Origin: a virus
Virus genome (UHGV): UHGV-0036156
Strand: one strand, 5' to 3'
Length of the DNA: 33,121 bases
A model generated the notes under the pieces. It searched no databases and was not told where the DNA came from. It was given only the letters and a program-made list of their open reading frames with translations. Positions 17,316 through 27,659 of the stretch are shown here, piece by piece. Each line of letters starts with the position of its first letter. The first letter of the stretch is position 1. The translations under genes were made by a program, and so were the position numbers.

Positions 17316-17782
17316 GTCTTGATATGAACGTTGCCGTGGATGTGCGACGTATCCGGCTTGCTCTTGATGATCTGGCAACGGTAACGCATGACGGATATGT
17401 GCCACGTGTGATGGCTGCGGCATTGCTGTCGTCTTCTGAACAGGCTTTTGAACGGCAGGCAGACCCGGACACGGGCCAGAGCTGGGAGTCATGGAGTGAC
17501 CCGTGGCTGGCATGGCGTCAGGAGCATGGTTTTGTTCCGGGTAGCATTCTTACCCTGCATGGCGATCTGGCCCGCAGCATCACTTCCGCTTACGGCCCGG
17601 ATTATGCCCTGATTGGCTCACCAAAAGTTTACGCTGCTATTCATCAGTGGGGCGGTAAGCCTGATATGCCCCCCGGTCCGGCAGGTGTTCCTGCACGTCC
17701 TTATATGGGGCTGGATAAGAGCGGTGAGCAGGAAATTTATGATGCCATCAGAAAACGCGTAAGCGCCGCTCTGACGCAGTAA
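17312..17782 (+). CDS. Virion morphogenesis protein (Mu G/gp31-like)
   Basis: 156 aa, overlaps the F stop; last gene before the central intergenic region. Confidence 0.75.
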   Translation: MSLDMNVAVDVRRIRLALDDLATVTHDGYVPRVMAAALLSSSEQAFERQADPDTGQSWESWSDPWLAWRQEHGFVPGSILTLHGDLARSITSAYGPDYALIGSPKVYAAIHQWGGKPDMPPGPAGVPARPYMGLDKSGEQEIYDAIRKRVSAALTQ

Positions 17783-17968
17783 CCAGATACAGAGATAAAA
17801 TCACGCGATAAAGAATTTTTGAAGGTTCTGTGGCGTTTTTGAAGGGGTTTTGAAGGGGGTAGCGTCATGCATTTCCCTTCCCCTTTATCTTTCTCCTGCA
17901 GAATTACTAAAACTGGATAACCCCGCCTTTTCTCCCGTTCCCCGCACACTGGCTACTCACAAATCACG
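17783..17968. promoter_or_regulatory. Central intergenic region: candidate late promoter and candidate strong gyrase site equivalent
   Basis: 186-bp non-coding gap between G-like and I-like genes, about 17.7 kb from the left end. Three direct copies of TTTTGAAGG (17816-17825, 17836-17845, 17848-17856); ATAACCCCG at 17917-17925. Confidence 0.4.
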
Positions 17969-19069
17969 ATGAGCAGGCCGGACATGAAAAAACACGCGAT
18001 TGGTATTGCTGCGCTGGGTGCGCTGTCCATTGACGATGACGGCTGGTGCCAGCTATTGCCTGCCGGTTATTTCAGTGCCCGTGACGGTCGCCCGTTTGAT
18101 GTAACAACCGGTCAGGGCTGGTTCATCGACGGAGAAATTGCCGGACGCCTGATTGAAGGTATCCGCGCACTTAACCAGGACGTGCTGATTGATTACGAGC
18201 ATAACCAGCTGCGTAAGGACAAAGGATTACCCCCGGAACAACTGGTCGCGGCTGGCTGGTTTAACGCCGATGAAATGCAGTGGCGTGAAGGTGAAGGGTT
18301 ATTTATCCACCCACGCTGGACAGCGGCAGCCCAGCAGCGCATCGATGACGGTGAATTTGGTTATCTCTCTGCGGTTTTTCCGTATGACACCGCCACTGGT
18401 GCGGTACTGCAAATCCGCCTTGCTGCGCTGACCAATGATCCCGGTGCCACCGGCATGAAAAAGCTGACCGCACTGGCGGCAGGCCTTCCCGACATCCTTC
18501 AACAGGAGAACAAACCCATGAATGAAACGCTGCGCAAGCTGCTTGCGCGTCTTGGGGTAACTGTCCCCGAAAATGCAGACATCACTGATGAACAGGCCAG
18601 CGCGGCCCTGAGTGCGCTTGATGCACTCGAAACAGATGCCGGAAAAGTGGCGTCGTTATCCGCCGAACTGGAAAAGGCACAGAAAGCCGCCGTTGACCTG
18701 ACGAAATACGTCCCGGTGGAAAGCTACAACGCCGTGCTTGATGAACTGGCTCAGGCCACCGCGCAAAGTGCCACCGCCAGCCTGAGCGCCGTTCTGGACA
18801 AGGCGGAACAGGAAGGCCGCATTTTCAAAAGCGAACGTGCCTATCTGGAACAGCTTGGCGGTCAGATTGGCGTGGCGGCACTGTCGGCACAGCTTGAGAA
18901 AAAACAGCCCATCGCTGCGTTATCTGCCATGCAGACCACAACGGTACAAAACCCGTCGCAGGAAAAACCGGCGGTGGCGGTGCTGTCTGCTGATGAAAAA
19001 GCAGCAGTGAAGGCGCTCGGCATTACTGAGGCTGAGTATCTGAAAATGAAACAGGAACAAGAAAAATGA
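17969..19069 (+). CDS. Head protease/scaffold protein (Mu I/gp32-like)
   Basis: 366 aa; N-terminal protease-like region and a C-terminal Ala/Glu/Lys-rich coiled-coil scaffold-like region. The ATG at 17984 may be the true start. Confidence 0.85.
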   Translation: MSRPDMKKHAIGIAALGALSIDDDGWCQLLPAGYFSARDGRPFDVTTGQGWFIDGEIAGRLIEGIRALNQDVLIDYEHNQLRKDKGLPPEQLVAAGWFNADEMQWREGEGLFIHPRWTAAAQQRIDDGEFGYLSAVFPYDTATGAVLQIRLAALTNDPGATGMKKLTALAAGLPDILQQENKPMNETLRKLLARLGVTVPENADITDEQASAALSALDALETDAGKVASLSAELEKAQKAAVDLTKYVPVESYNAVLDELAQATAQSATASLSAVLDKAEQEGRIFKSERAYLEQLGGQIGVAALSAQLEKKQPIAALSAMQTTTVQNPSQEKPAVAVLSADEKAAVKALGITEAEYLKMKQEQEK

Positions 19070-19983
19070 TTGTCACCCCGGCATCCATTAAAGCTCTGAT
19101 GACCTCCTGGCGTAAGGATTTTCAGGGCGGTCTTGAAGACGCCCCGTCGCAGTACAGCAAAATTGCAATGGTGGTGAACTCCTCCACCCGCAGCAATACC
19201 TATGGCTGGCTGGGTAAATTCCCGACCCTGAAAGAATGGGTGGGTAAGCGAACCATTCAGCAAATGGAAGCGCATGGCTACTCCATCGCTAATAAAACGT
19301 TTGAAGGCACCGTGGGTATTTCCCGTGATGACTTCGAGGATGACAATCTGGGTATTTATGCGCCGATTTTTCAGGAGATGGGCCGTTCTGCGGCAGTTCA
19401 GCCGGATGAGCTGATTTTTAAACTTCTGAAAGATGGCTTTACCCAGCCCTGCTATGACGGTCAGAACTTCTTCGACAAGGAGCATCCGGTATATCCGAAT
19501 GTGGACGGCACGGGCAGCGCGGTTAATACCTCCAACATCGTTGAGCAGGACAGCTTCAGCGGTCTGCCATTCTATCTGCTGGACTGCTCCCGCGCAGTCA
19601 AACCGCTGATTTTCCAGGAGCGCCGCAAACCGGAACTGGTCGCACGTACCCGTATCGATGACGACCACGTTTTTATGGATAACGAGTTCCTGTTTGGTGC
19701 CAGCGCCCGCCGTGCTGCCGGTTACGGCTTCTGGCAGATGGCTGTCGCGGTAAAAGGCGATCTGACGCTGGATAACCTCTGGAAGGGCTGGCAACTGATG
19801 CGTTCTTTTGAAGGTGATGGCGGTAAGAAGCTGGGCCTGAAGCCGACGCATATCGTTGTACCGGTCGGACTGGAAAAATCCGCAGAGCAACTGCTTAACC
19901 GTGAGCTGTTCGCGGATGGCAATACCACCGTCTCTAACGAGATGAAGGGTAAGCTGCAACTGGTTGTTGCTGACTACCTGTAA
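19066..19983 (+). CDS. Major capsid protein (Mu T/gp34-like)
   Basis: 305 aa, follows the protease/scaffold gene and is followed by a strong hairpin. Confidence 0.9.
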   Translation: MIVTPASIKALMTSWRKDFQGGLEDAPSQYSKIAMVVNSSTRSNTYGWLGKFPTLKEWVGKRTIQQMEAHGYSIANKTFEGTVGISRDDFEDDNLGIYAPIFQEMGRSAAVQPDELIFKLLKDGFTQPCYDGQNFFDKEHPVYPNVDGTGSAVNTSNIVEQDSFSGLPFYLLDCSRAVKPLIFQERRKPELVARTRIDDDHVFMDNEFLFGASARRAAGYGFWQMAVAVKGDLTLDNLWKGWQLMRSFEGDGGKKLGLKPTHIVVPVGLEKSAEQLLNRELFADGNTTVSNEMKGKLQLVVADYL

Positions 19984-19991
19984 CCGTCGTT

Positions 19992-20015
19992 AAAAGGCGG
20001 TTCAGGCCGCCTTTT
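19992..20015 (+). terminator. Stem-loop/terminator after the major capsid gene
   Basis: AAAAGGCGG-TTCAGG-CCGCCTTTT, a 9-bp perfect stem with an A-tract/T-tract, 9 nt after the capsid stop. Confidence 0.6.
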
Positions 20016-20049
20016 AACCTGATTTAAAGGAAAAGGAGGAGCATGTGTT

Positions 20050-20460
20050 ATGTCAGGCACTTCGCTTAATTCACAACGGCTGGACACTTCTCGCATCACT
20101 TGCACGGCGATTATTAAATGTCTTCGCCCGGTCTACCGCCGCGCCGGTATCGCCTTTACGCGTGGCGAAAACACAGTGGAAGTCACCGAAGAACAACTGG
20201 CGATCATCCGTGCCGACAGCGTGTTGTCTGTTGTATCGACAACGGCAGCAGAAACGCTCGCTGAGGCTGGGGGGCTGGACGTTCTGGGTGTGGGCGATCT
20301 GAACGCCCGTATCCGTGCGACCGTTGCCGGTCTGGATCAGGCAAACCCGGAACACTTTACCGCAGGGGGGGAACCCAAAGTGAAAGCGGTCAGTGCGGTG
20401 CTGGGGGAAAACGTCACTGCGGCACAAATCAAAGCAGCACTGGCTGAGGCGCAAGCATGA
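20050..20460 (+). CDS. Head-associated protein (Mu gp35 position)
   Basis: 136 aa; AAGGAGGAG upstream of the ATG. Confidence 0.65.
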   Translation: MSGTSLNSQRLDTSRITCTAIIKCLRPVYRRAGIAFTRGENTVEVTEEQLAIIRADSVLSVVSTTAAETLAEAGGLDVLGVGDLNARIRATVAGLDQANPEHFTAGGEPKVKAVSAVLGENVTAAQIKAALAEAQA

Positions 20461-20879
20461 GCTATGCCTCTCTTGACGACATGGTAAAGCGTTACCAGCG
20501 CAGCAATCTGGACAAACTGACCGCTGATAAATCGGACAACTTTGAACCAGATGATGCACTGATTACGCAGGCGTTACAGGATGCCAGCGCGCTTATCGAC
20601 GGTTATATCAGTCCCCGTTACCAGCTGCCATTGTCAGTGGTTCCTGTAACGCTGGTTCGTGTTTGTTGCGATATTGCTTTTTATTACCTGTGTGATGAAC
20701 AGGCAACAGAGCAATGCACACAACGTTACAAAGACGCCATCAGGTGGCTGGGGGTGGTTCTCGACGGAAAATTACCGCTTGGCGCAGATGTGCATGGTGT
20801 TGAACCGGTCAGCGAAAATCTGGTTGAGGTGCAGTCTGACGCAGCCATTTTCTCCCGCAACCAGAAGGGGTTTATCTGA
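20457..20879 (+). CDS. Head-tail joining protein (Mu gp36 position)
   Basis: 140 aa, overlapping stop/start with neighbours. Confidence 0.65.
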   Translation: MSYASLDDMVKRYQRSNLDKLTADKSDNFEPDDALITQALQDASALIDGYISPRYQLPLSVVPVTLVRVCCDIAFYYLCDEQATEQCTQRYKDAIRWLGVVLDGKLPLGADVHGVEPVSENLVEVQSDAAIFSRNQKGFI

Positions 20880-21427
20880 TGATTGCCACCACAGAAGCTG
20901 CTTTGCTCGATGCTGTTCGTGGGTTGTTCGGACGGACGCTGCGGGATGTAAAAACGCATCCCGGCACCTGGTCTGATGCCGCAATTAAAAAAATCCTGAT
21001 TGCGCCGCCGTCTGTTTATCTGGCGTGGCTGGGCTGCGGTGAAGGCCGCACCCGCCGTGAAGTGGAAAGCCGCTGGGTGTTTTACGTGGTGGCAAAAATG
21101 CTGAACGGTCGGGAAACCGACCGTCCGGGGATTTACCAGATTGTTGAGCGCCTGATTGCCGGAATGAACGGACATACATTTGGCCCCACAACCGGCCTGC
21201 GTCTGACCAGCGTCCGCAACCTGTATACCGATGCCCAGAGTAATTCAGGAGTCGCATTGTACGGTATCTATTTCAGTGGCATCACGCCGTTACCGTCCGG
21301 TGTGGATATGGACTCGCTGGATGATTACGAGCGCCACTGGCAGACCTGGAAATTCCCGGACGAACCCCCGGAATTTGCCGCACATATCAATGTGAATCAG
21401 GAAAAGGATCATGATGCTGAAAATTAA
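20879..21427 (+). CDS. Tail completion/neck protein (Mu gp37/K position)
   Basis: 182 aa, synteny. Confidence 0.65.
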   Translation: MIATTEAALLDAVRGLFGRTLRDVKTHPGTWSDAAIKKILIAPPSVYLAWLGCGEGRTRREVESRWVFYVVAKMLNGRETDRPGIYQIVERLIAGMNGHTFGPTTGLRLTSVRNLYTDAQSNSGVALYGIYFSGITPLPSGVDMDSLDDYERHWQTWKFPDEPPEFAAHINVNQEKDHDAEN

Positions 21428-21617
21428 ACCCGCAGCGGGAAAAGCCATCCGTGACCCGCTCACGATGAAATTACTGGCTCCGGAGGGAGAAGAAAAGCCC
21501 CGTAACAGTTTCTGGATACGTCGCCTTGCAGCCGGTGATGTGGTTGAAGTCGGGAGCACCGAAAACACGGCGGATGATACCGACGCTGCGCCGAAAAAAC
21601 GGAGTAAATCGAAATGA
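21411..21617 (+). CDS. Small structural-module protein (Mu gp38 position)
   Basis: 68-aa ORF bridging to the sheath gene. Confidence 0.5.
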   Translation: MMLKIKPAAGKAIRDPLTMKLLAPEGEEKPRNSFWIRRLAAGDVVEVGSTENTADDTDAAPKKRSKSK

Positions 21618-23101
21618 GCGATATTTCATTTAACGCGATCCCGTCAGATGTTCGCGTTCCCCTGACGTATATCGAATTTGATAACAGTAATGCCGTCAGC
21701 GGAACACCGGCACCCCGTCAGCGCGTGCTGATGTTCGGGCAAAGCGGAAGTAAAGCCAGTGCGGCACCAAACGTGCCTGTCCGTATCCGTTCCGGCTCAC
21801 AGGCCAGTGCGGCGTTTGGTCAGGGTTCCATGCTGGCACTGATGGCAGATGCATTCCTGAACGCTAACCGCGTGGCGGAGCTGTGGTGTATCCCGCAGGG
21901 GAACGGCACCGGTAATGCTGCTGTCGGTGAAATCTCACTGTCAGGAACGGCAGGCGAAAACGGCTCGCTTGTGACTTACATTGCCGGTCAGCGACTAGCG
22001 GTATCTGTCGCAGCAGGTGCAACGGGAGCGGCGCTGGCTGACCTGCTGGTTGCCCGAATCAAAGGCCAGCCTGATTTACCGGTGACGGCAGAAGTTCGCG
22101 CAGACAGCGGGGATGATGACACTCATGCAGATGTGGTTCTGAGTGCAAAATTTACGGGTGCATTATCTGCCGTGGACGTGCGCTGGAACTATTACGCGGG
22201 TGAAACCACCCCTTACGGGATTATCACGGCATTCAAAGCCGCCTCCGGGAAAAACAGCAACCCGGATATCAGCGCAAGTATCGCGGGAATGGGCGATCTG
22301 CAATACAAATATATTGTGATGCCCTATACCGATGAACCGAACCTGAATCTGTTACGCACTGAATTGCAGGAACGCTGGGGACCGGTCAATCAGGCTGATG
22401 GCTTTGCCGTGACAGTGCTGTCCGGCACGTATGGGGATATTTCCACGTTTGGTGTCAGCCGTAATGACCATCTGATTTCCTGTATGGGGATTGCCGGTGC
22501 ACCGGAACCGTCATATCTGTACGCCGCCACCCTGTGTGCCGTTGCCAGCCAGGCGCTTTCCATCGACCCGGCGCGTCCACTCCAGACGCTGACGTTGCCC
22601 GGAAGAATGCCGCCTGCGGTGGGGGATCGTTTCACCTGGTCAGAACGTAATGCGCTGCTGTTTGACGGCATCTCCACGTTTAACGTGAATGATGGTGGTG
22701 AAATGCAGATTGAACGCATGATCACGATGTACCGCACAAACAAGTACGGTGACAGCGATCCGTCTTATCTGAACGTGAATACCATCGCCACGCTGAGTTA
22801 TCTGCGTTATTCGCTGCGAACCCGCATCACGCAGAAATTCCCGAACTACAAGCTGGCAAGTGATGGCACCCGCTTTGCCACCGGTCAGGCCGTGGTGACG
22901 CCATCCGTGATCAAAACGGAGTTGCTGGCACTGTTTGAAGAATGGGAAAACGCCGGACTGGTCGAGGATTTCGACACGTTCAAAGAGGAGCTGTATGTGG
23001 CACGTAACAAGGATGATAAAGACCGTCTTGATGTGCTGTGCGGCCCGAATCTGATCAACCAGTTCCGCATTTTTGCGGCGCAAATTCAGTTCATTCTGTA
23101 A
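21614..23101 (+). CDS. Contractile tail sheath protein (Mu L-like)
   Basis: 495 aa, immediately upstream of the tube gene. Confidence 0.9.
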   Translation: MSDISFNAIPSDVRVPLTYIEFDNSNAVSGTPAPRQRVLMFGQSGSKASAAPNVPVRIRSGSQASAAFGQGSMLALMADAFLNANRVAELWCIPQGNGTGNAAVGEISLSGTAGENGSLVTYIAGQRLAVSVAAGATGAALADLLVARIKGQPDLPVTAEVRADSGDDDTHADVVLSAKFTGALSAVDVRWNYYAGETTPYGIITAFKAASGKNSNPDISASIAGMGDLQYKYIVMPYTDEPNLNLLRTELQERWGPVNQADGFAVTVLSGTYGDISTFGVSRNDHLISCMGIAGAPEPSYLYAATLCAVASQALSIDPARPLQTLTLPGRMPPAVGDRFTWSERNALLFDGISTFNVNDGGEMQIERMITMYRTNKYGDSDPSYLNVNTIATLSYLRYSLRTRITQKFPNYKLASDGTRFATGQAVVTPSVIKTELLALFEEWENAGLVEDFDTFKEELYVARNKDDKDRLDVLCGPNLINQFRIFAAQIQFIL

Positions 23102-23110
23102 GGAGTATTT

Positions 23111-23467
23111 ATGGCTGGAAATCAGCGTCAGGGGGTGGCATTCATCCGTGTCAATGGCATGGAGCTTGAATCAATGGAAGGTGCTTCCTTCACACCCTCC
23201 GGCATCACCCGTGAAGAAGTGACCGGCTCGCGGGTTTATGGCTGGAAAGGTAAACCACGTGCAGCAAAAGTGGAATGCAAAATTCCGGGGGGCGGTCCCA
23301 TCGGGCTGGATGAAATTATCGACTGGGAAAACATCACCGTCGAATTCCAGGCTGATACCGGCGAAACCTGGATGCTGGCGAATGCCTGGCAGGCGGATGA
23401 ACCGAAAAACGACGGCGGCGAAATTTCGCTGGTACTGATGGCAAAACAAAGCAAACGCATTGCATAA
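23111..23467 (+). CDS. Tail tube protein (Mu M-like)
   Basis: 118 aa, follows the sheath gene. Confidence 0.85.
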   Translation: MAGNQRQGVAFIRVNGMELESMEGASFTPSGITREEVTGSRVYGWKGKPRAAKVECKIPGGGPIGLDEIIDWENITVEFQADTGETWMLANAWQADEPKNDGGEISLVLMAKQSKRIA

Positions 23468-23476
23468 GGGGAAACA

Positions 23477-23911
23477 ATGGACGAAATGAATTTAAGTCCT
23501 GAAGCACAGGAACTGCGTGACAGCATTGTGGCTGAGCTTCAGTCCGGTGGTCTGAAACTGAAAGACGGCCTGCCGTTCGGCACTGGTGACGAGACTGAAA
23601 TGCAGTATGACGTGACACTGCGTGAACTGACCGCAGGCGATCTGATTGATGCCCAGGCGGCTGCTGAAAAGCTGGTAATGAGCAAGGAAGGCCCGGTGCT
23701 GGTCAGTTCCCCGTCCCGGATGGGACTGGAAATGCTGCGCCGACAGATTGCCAGCGTGGGTTGCATCAAAGGCCCGTTATCGCTGGCGCTGATGCGCAAG
23801 CTGTCTGTTGATGACTTCCAGCGTCTGTCGCTGGCTACAGAGATGCACGACATGGCTGTGGCGGCATCGCTGACGCAAGAACGGGGGCGAGTGGCTGCGG
23901 TGCCGGAATGA
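23477..23911 (+). CDS. Tail assembly chaperone-like protein (Mu gp41 position)
   Basis: 144-aa acidic protein between tube and tape measure. Confidence 0.6.
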   Translation: MDEMNLSPEAQELRDSIVAELQSGGLKLKDGLPFGTGDETEMQYDVTLRELTAGDLIDAQAAAEKLVMSKEGPVLVSSPSRMGLEMLRRQIASVGCIKGPLSLALMRKLSVDDFQRLSLATEMHDMAVAASLTQERGRVAAVPE

Positions 23912-24055
23912 TATTGAGAAAGCGGCGACAGCGATTGGCGTTATTCTGAAAAGTGGCCCGGAATGGGCCTTGTCTCTCCCGCTGTCCCGCTTTTTCCGGC
24001 ACTGCCAGCAGGCTAAAACCCTCTCTCAATATCACCGTTAAATCAGGAAATCTCT

Positions 24056-26167
24056 ATGACCGGGAAACGCTTAAAAGCGTCAGTCATTATTGACCTTAAT
24101 GGCAATCTTTCCCGGCGTTCCCGCCAGTATTCGAACCAGATAAACGCCCTGTCCCGTAGTGGGCAAAGTTCCCTGCGTGCCCTGCGTATGGAAGTGGTGC
24201 GCGTGTCTGGTGCCATCGACAGAATGGGTTCTCTCTCAACCCGTACATTCCGAATGCTGTCAGCCGGGGCGCTGGGTGTTGCCGGGGTGGGTTACACCGC
24301 CAATAAACTGTTTATCAGCGCAGCAGCTCAACGTGAACAGCAGATTATCGCCATGAACTCGCTGTATCACGGCGATAAGGCCAGAGCACAGGCAATGATG
24401 GCCTGGGCGAAGCAGAACGCGAAGGACACCACGTGGGGGCTGAGTGGTGTTCTTGATGAGATCCGTTCGTCGAAAGGCTTCGGCATGACGGATGAACAGA
24501 CGAAACAGTTCATCACCATGTTGCAGGATCAGGGGGCCATGCACGGCTGGGATTTACCCACTGCACAGGGTGCCTCACTGCAACTGAAACAGATGTTTGC
24601 CCGCCAGCAAATCACAGCGGCGGATGCCAACCTGCTGACCGGTTACGGTATCAACGTTTATCAGGCGCTGGCGGATGCAACGGGAACGGACGTTAAAAAA
24701 ATCCGTGATCTGGGGACAAAGGGCAAGCTGGGCATGAAATCCATTCTGACGGTATTCAGAACGCTGTCAGAACAGTCAAAAGGTGCACAGGCCAGTGCGA
24801 TGAACTCCTGGGACGGGATGTTCGCCCAGATGGAAGCCAACCTGCTTGAATTTCGCATAAAGGTGGCAAACAGCGGCCCTTTTGAAGAAATCAAGAATGA
24901 GATGCGCCGGGTGCTTAACTGGCACGATGCGGCGGATAAATCCGGGGAGCTTGATAAACGGGCTGATGAAATTGGTCAGAAATTCCTGACCACATTCAGA
25001 ACCCTGAAATCTGCGGCACAGGAGTTATGGCGCTGGCTGAAACCGGGTAAAGATGCGCTGGCATGGGTTGACCAGAATATTGTCAGCCTGAAAAAACTGG
25101 CTGCTGTACTGGTGTCTGTCTGGCTTGCCAATAAAGCACTGAGGGCGGGCTGGGCCGTGGCGAAGCCATCATGGCAGGTTGCCAGCTATCCGTTCAAAAC
25201 CGGGCGTCGAATGTGGCGCTGGATGCGAAAACGCAAACATGGACAGACAGGCATTCCGGCACCGGATGCGCTACCTGCTACAGAACTACTGCGGGAACTG
25301 ACAGTTCAGCGCGTTTTTGTGACTAACTGGCCCAACGGGTTCGGTGGATATGGCGGATTTTCCCGATACGGAGGTAAAACACCGGCAGCATTGCCCCGCC
25401 AGCCGTTATTGCTGTCCGGGCCACAACCGCTGGCACTTCCGGCCCCACGCACTGTTCCCGCATTACCAGCACCGAAACCACTGGCATTACCTGCACCATC
25501 CCCGGTACTGGCATTGCCATCTCCCGGTGCGCCGGGGGCCACACGGCGCACATCGTTACCTTTACCCGGCAAATCCGGTCTGTTGAGCAGGCTTGCAGGC
25601 AGTGCTGCCGGACAACTGGTTACGGGAACAATCGGAAAGCTGGCTGGTGCCGGTCGTACCGTTGGCGGGTTGTTTTCCGGTATCGGAAACAAACTTGCAG
25701 ACAGTGCCATTGGTCGGGTTGTGACAAAAGGGGCCGGGGCGCTGGGCTGGATGGGGAAAGGCGCGGGTCGTGCACTGTCACGTCTTGGCGGTCCGGTGAT
25801 GGGGGCACTCCAGCTTGCTCCCGTTCTGATGGATGAACAGGCATCAACTCATGAAAAAGCCGGAGCAATTGGCAGCACTGCCGGCGCCTGGCTCGGCGGT
25901 GCCGTTGGCAGCCTTGCCGGACCGCTGGGCACGGTTGCCGGTGCCACGCTGGGCAGTGTCGCCGGGGAATATCTGGGTGGTTTTGTGACTGACCTGTATC
26001 AGAAATGGACGGCCCCGGAAAGGGAACCGCAGGAGCAAAAAGTGAATGCGGAAGCATCGCTGCGCGTCGAGCTTGGCGAAGGATTACGTCTGACCAGTTC
26101 CCGCGTCACCGAGGATGGTATGGGGCTGAATATTTACGCGGGCGATAACTACATTACAGGCTGGTAA
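24056..26167 (+). CDS. Tail tape measure protein
   Basis: 703 aa with a Pro/Ala-rich repeat tract (LALPAP...) and a Gly-rich C-terminal region; located between chaperone and baseplate genes. Confidence 0.9.
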   Translation: MTGKRLKASVIIDLNGNLSRRSRQYSNQINALSRSGQSSLRALRMEVVRVSGAIDRMGSLSTRTFRMLSAGALGVAGVGYTANKLFISAAAQREQQIIAMNSLYHGDKARAQAMMAWAKQNAKDTTWGLSGVLDEIRSSKGFGMTDEQTKQFITMLQDQGAMHGWDLPTAQGASLQLKQMFARQQITAADANLLTGYGINVYQALADATGTDVKKIRDLGTKGKLGMKSILTVFRTLSEQSKGAQASAMNSWDGMFAQMEANLLEFRIKVANSGPFEEIKNEMRRVLNWHDAADKSGELDKRADEIGQKFLTTFRTLKSAAQELWRWLKPGKDALAWVDQNIVSLKKLAAVLVSVWLANKALRAGWAVAKPSWQVASYPFKTGRRMWRWMRKRKHGQTGIPAPDALPATELLRELTVQRVFVTNWPNGFGGYGGFSRYGGKTPAALPRQPLLLSGPQPLALPAPRTVPALPAPKPLALPAPSPVLALPSPGAPGATRRTSLPLPGKSGLLSRLAGSAAGQLVTGTIGKLAGAGRTVGGLFSGIGNKLADSAIGRVVTKGAGALGWMGKGAGRALSRLGGPVMGALQLAPVLMDEQASTHEKAGAIGSTAGAWLGGAVGSLAGPLGTVAGATLGSVAGEYLGGFVTDLYQKWTAPEREPQEQKVNAEASLRVELGEGLRLTSSRVTEDGMGLNIYAGDNYITGW

Positions 26168-26171
26168 AACC

Positions 26172-27659
26172 ATGTTTGAAGATGCTTTAAATGCCGTTAA
26201 TTCTGTCCGGGATAAAATCGGCGGTGGTAAGAAAACAACCGGCAAAGGCACGTTCCGTAACGTGCCGTTTCTCGTCATTGAGGAGCAAAAACAGGCTGGC
26301 GGACGTCGTCTGGTTAAACGCGAGTACCCGTTACGTGATACCGGCGGTGTCAATGACCTGGGGAAAAAACTTCGCTCCCGCACATTCAGCATCTGCATTC
26401 TGAACAGCAACGCAGAGACTGCCAGAGATGAAGCGGGTGCGTTGATGGATGCTCTTGATGCACCGGGCAGCGGCGAACTGGTGCATCCAGAGTTCGGCAC
26501 TGTGGACGTCATGGTGGATTCATGGGAATGCCGTACTAAAGCGGATGAACTGAATTATTACGCGTTCACCGTTACCGTTTATCCGTCGTTGCAGGATACA
26601 GCCCCGGACGCAGAAACAGACACCAGTACAGCCGTATCTGCGCAGGCCGTTGCTGTAACCGGTTCGCTGGGGGATACGTTGTCCTCTGTCTGGCAGACCG
26701 TAAAAGATGGCACAGCGGCGGCAACAGCCGTAATGGATGCCGTCACCGGTGTCATCGATGATATCTGTGATGCGGTGGATAATCTGGGGATCACCCAGAC
26801 TGTCAGCGGCCTGATGGGGTCACTTTCTGCAATGAAAGGTTCTGTGACCGGCCTGATAAATAAACCAGCCATGCTGACATCTTCACTGATGGGGGCGTTA
26901 TCCGGCGTTTCATCGTTATGCGATACCCGAACAGCATTTTCCACCTGGAACCGTCTGGCGCAGCGGTTCGAAAGCCGACATGCCTCCACCACTGACAGAC
27001 AAGGTGCCATTACCACTTCATACAGCAGCCCGGTTGCAGAAAAAAATATTGCCACACTGAACTACGTCATGCTGGCAGCAGCACAGACATACCGGGCGGA
27101 GGCAGCAAGCCAGGCACTGACTGCGGCACTGGATTCCAGCCGTCAGATGGATAATGCCGCCCGTGCACCGGCGCTGGATGTATCAGTCACAACAACCGGC
27201 ATCGCCAGTGGTGCCAGCAGCACATCGTCCACGGTCACACAAAGCCAGTTGCAGTTAACCGGGATAACCCCGGACGGCGGCTTTTCACCAGTATCCTTTT
27301 CAGACAGTAGCACAGCCACGCCCCCGGTATTTGAAAGCGTGTCCGATATCGAAAAAACAGCCGCCATGCTGGGGGCTGCACTGGATACCGTCATTCTGAC
27401 GGCATCTGAGCAGGGCTTTTCGACAGACAGCGTTCAGCTTACGCAACTGCGTCTGCTGGTTGTTGCCGACCTGGAAAAACGCGGGCTGCAACTGGCGGGC
27501 AGTGAAACGCACCGCCTGCCGGAGACGATGCCTGCAATGGTGGCCCTGTACCGTTACACAGGAAACAGCCGGAACTGGCAACGGCTGGCCCGCAGGAACG
27601 GTATCAGCAACCCGTTGTTTGTTCCCGGTGGTGTCAGTATTGAGGTGATTAATGAGTAA
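26172..27659 (+). CDS. DNA circularisation protein (Mu N/gp43-like)
   Basis: 495 aa, between tape measure and the baseplate hub as in Mu. Confidence 0.8.
   Translation: MFEDALNAVNSVRDKIGGGKKTTGKGTFRNVPFLVIEEQKQAGGRRLVKREYPLRDTGGVNDLGKKLRSRTFSICILNSNAETARDEAGALMDALDAPGSGELVHPEFGTVDVMVDSWECRTKADELNYYAFTVTVYPSLQDTAPDAETDTSTAVSAQAVAVTGSLGDTLSSVWQTVKDGTAAATAVMDAVTGVIDDICDAVDNLGITQTVSGLMGSLSAMKGSVTGLINKPAMLTSSLMGALSGVSSLCDTRTAFSTWNRLAQRFESRHASTTDRQGAITTSYSSPVAEKNIATLNYVMLAAAQTYRAEAASQALTAALDSSRQMDNAARAPALDVSVTTTGIASGASSTSSTVTQSQLQLTGITPDGGFSPVSFSDSSTATPPVFESVSDIEKTAAMLGAALDTVILTASEQGFSTDSVQLTQLRLLVVADLEKRGLQLAGSETHRLPETMPAMVALYRYTGNSRNWQRLARRNGISNPLFVPGGVSIEVINE

Noticed and set aside
17816-17856. 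TTTTGAAGG triple repeat as a CRISPR-like array
   Set aside because: Repeat unit is only 9 bp with 3-11 bp spacers and no cas genes nearby; treated as a regulatory or structural repeat instead.
17866-17919. 17-codon ORF (MHFPSPLSFSCRITKTG) in the G-I intergenic region preceded by a purine-rich stretch
   Set aside because: Too short and low-complexity to call as a gene without conservation or expression data; it is recorded here only because this junction is an insertion hotspot in other Mu-like phages.
18862-19959. 365-aa minus-strand ORF overlapping the protease/scaffold and major capsid genes
   Set aside because: Antisense to two well-supported structural genes, no ribosome-binding site, low-complexity Ala/Gly/Arg-rich translation typical of a GC-rich antisense frame.
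25306-26057. Pro/Gly-rich minus-strand ORFs within the tape-measure gene
   Set aside because: Mirror image of the Pro/Ala repeat region on the coding strand; compositional artefact.
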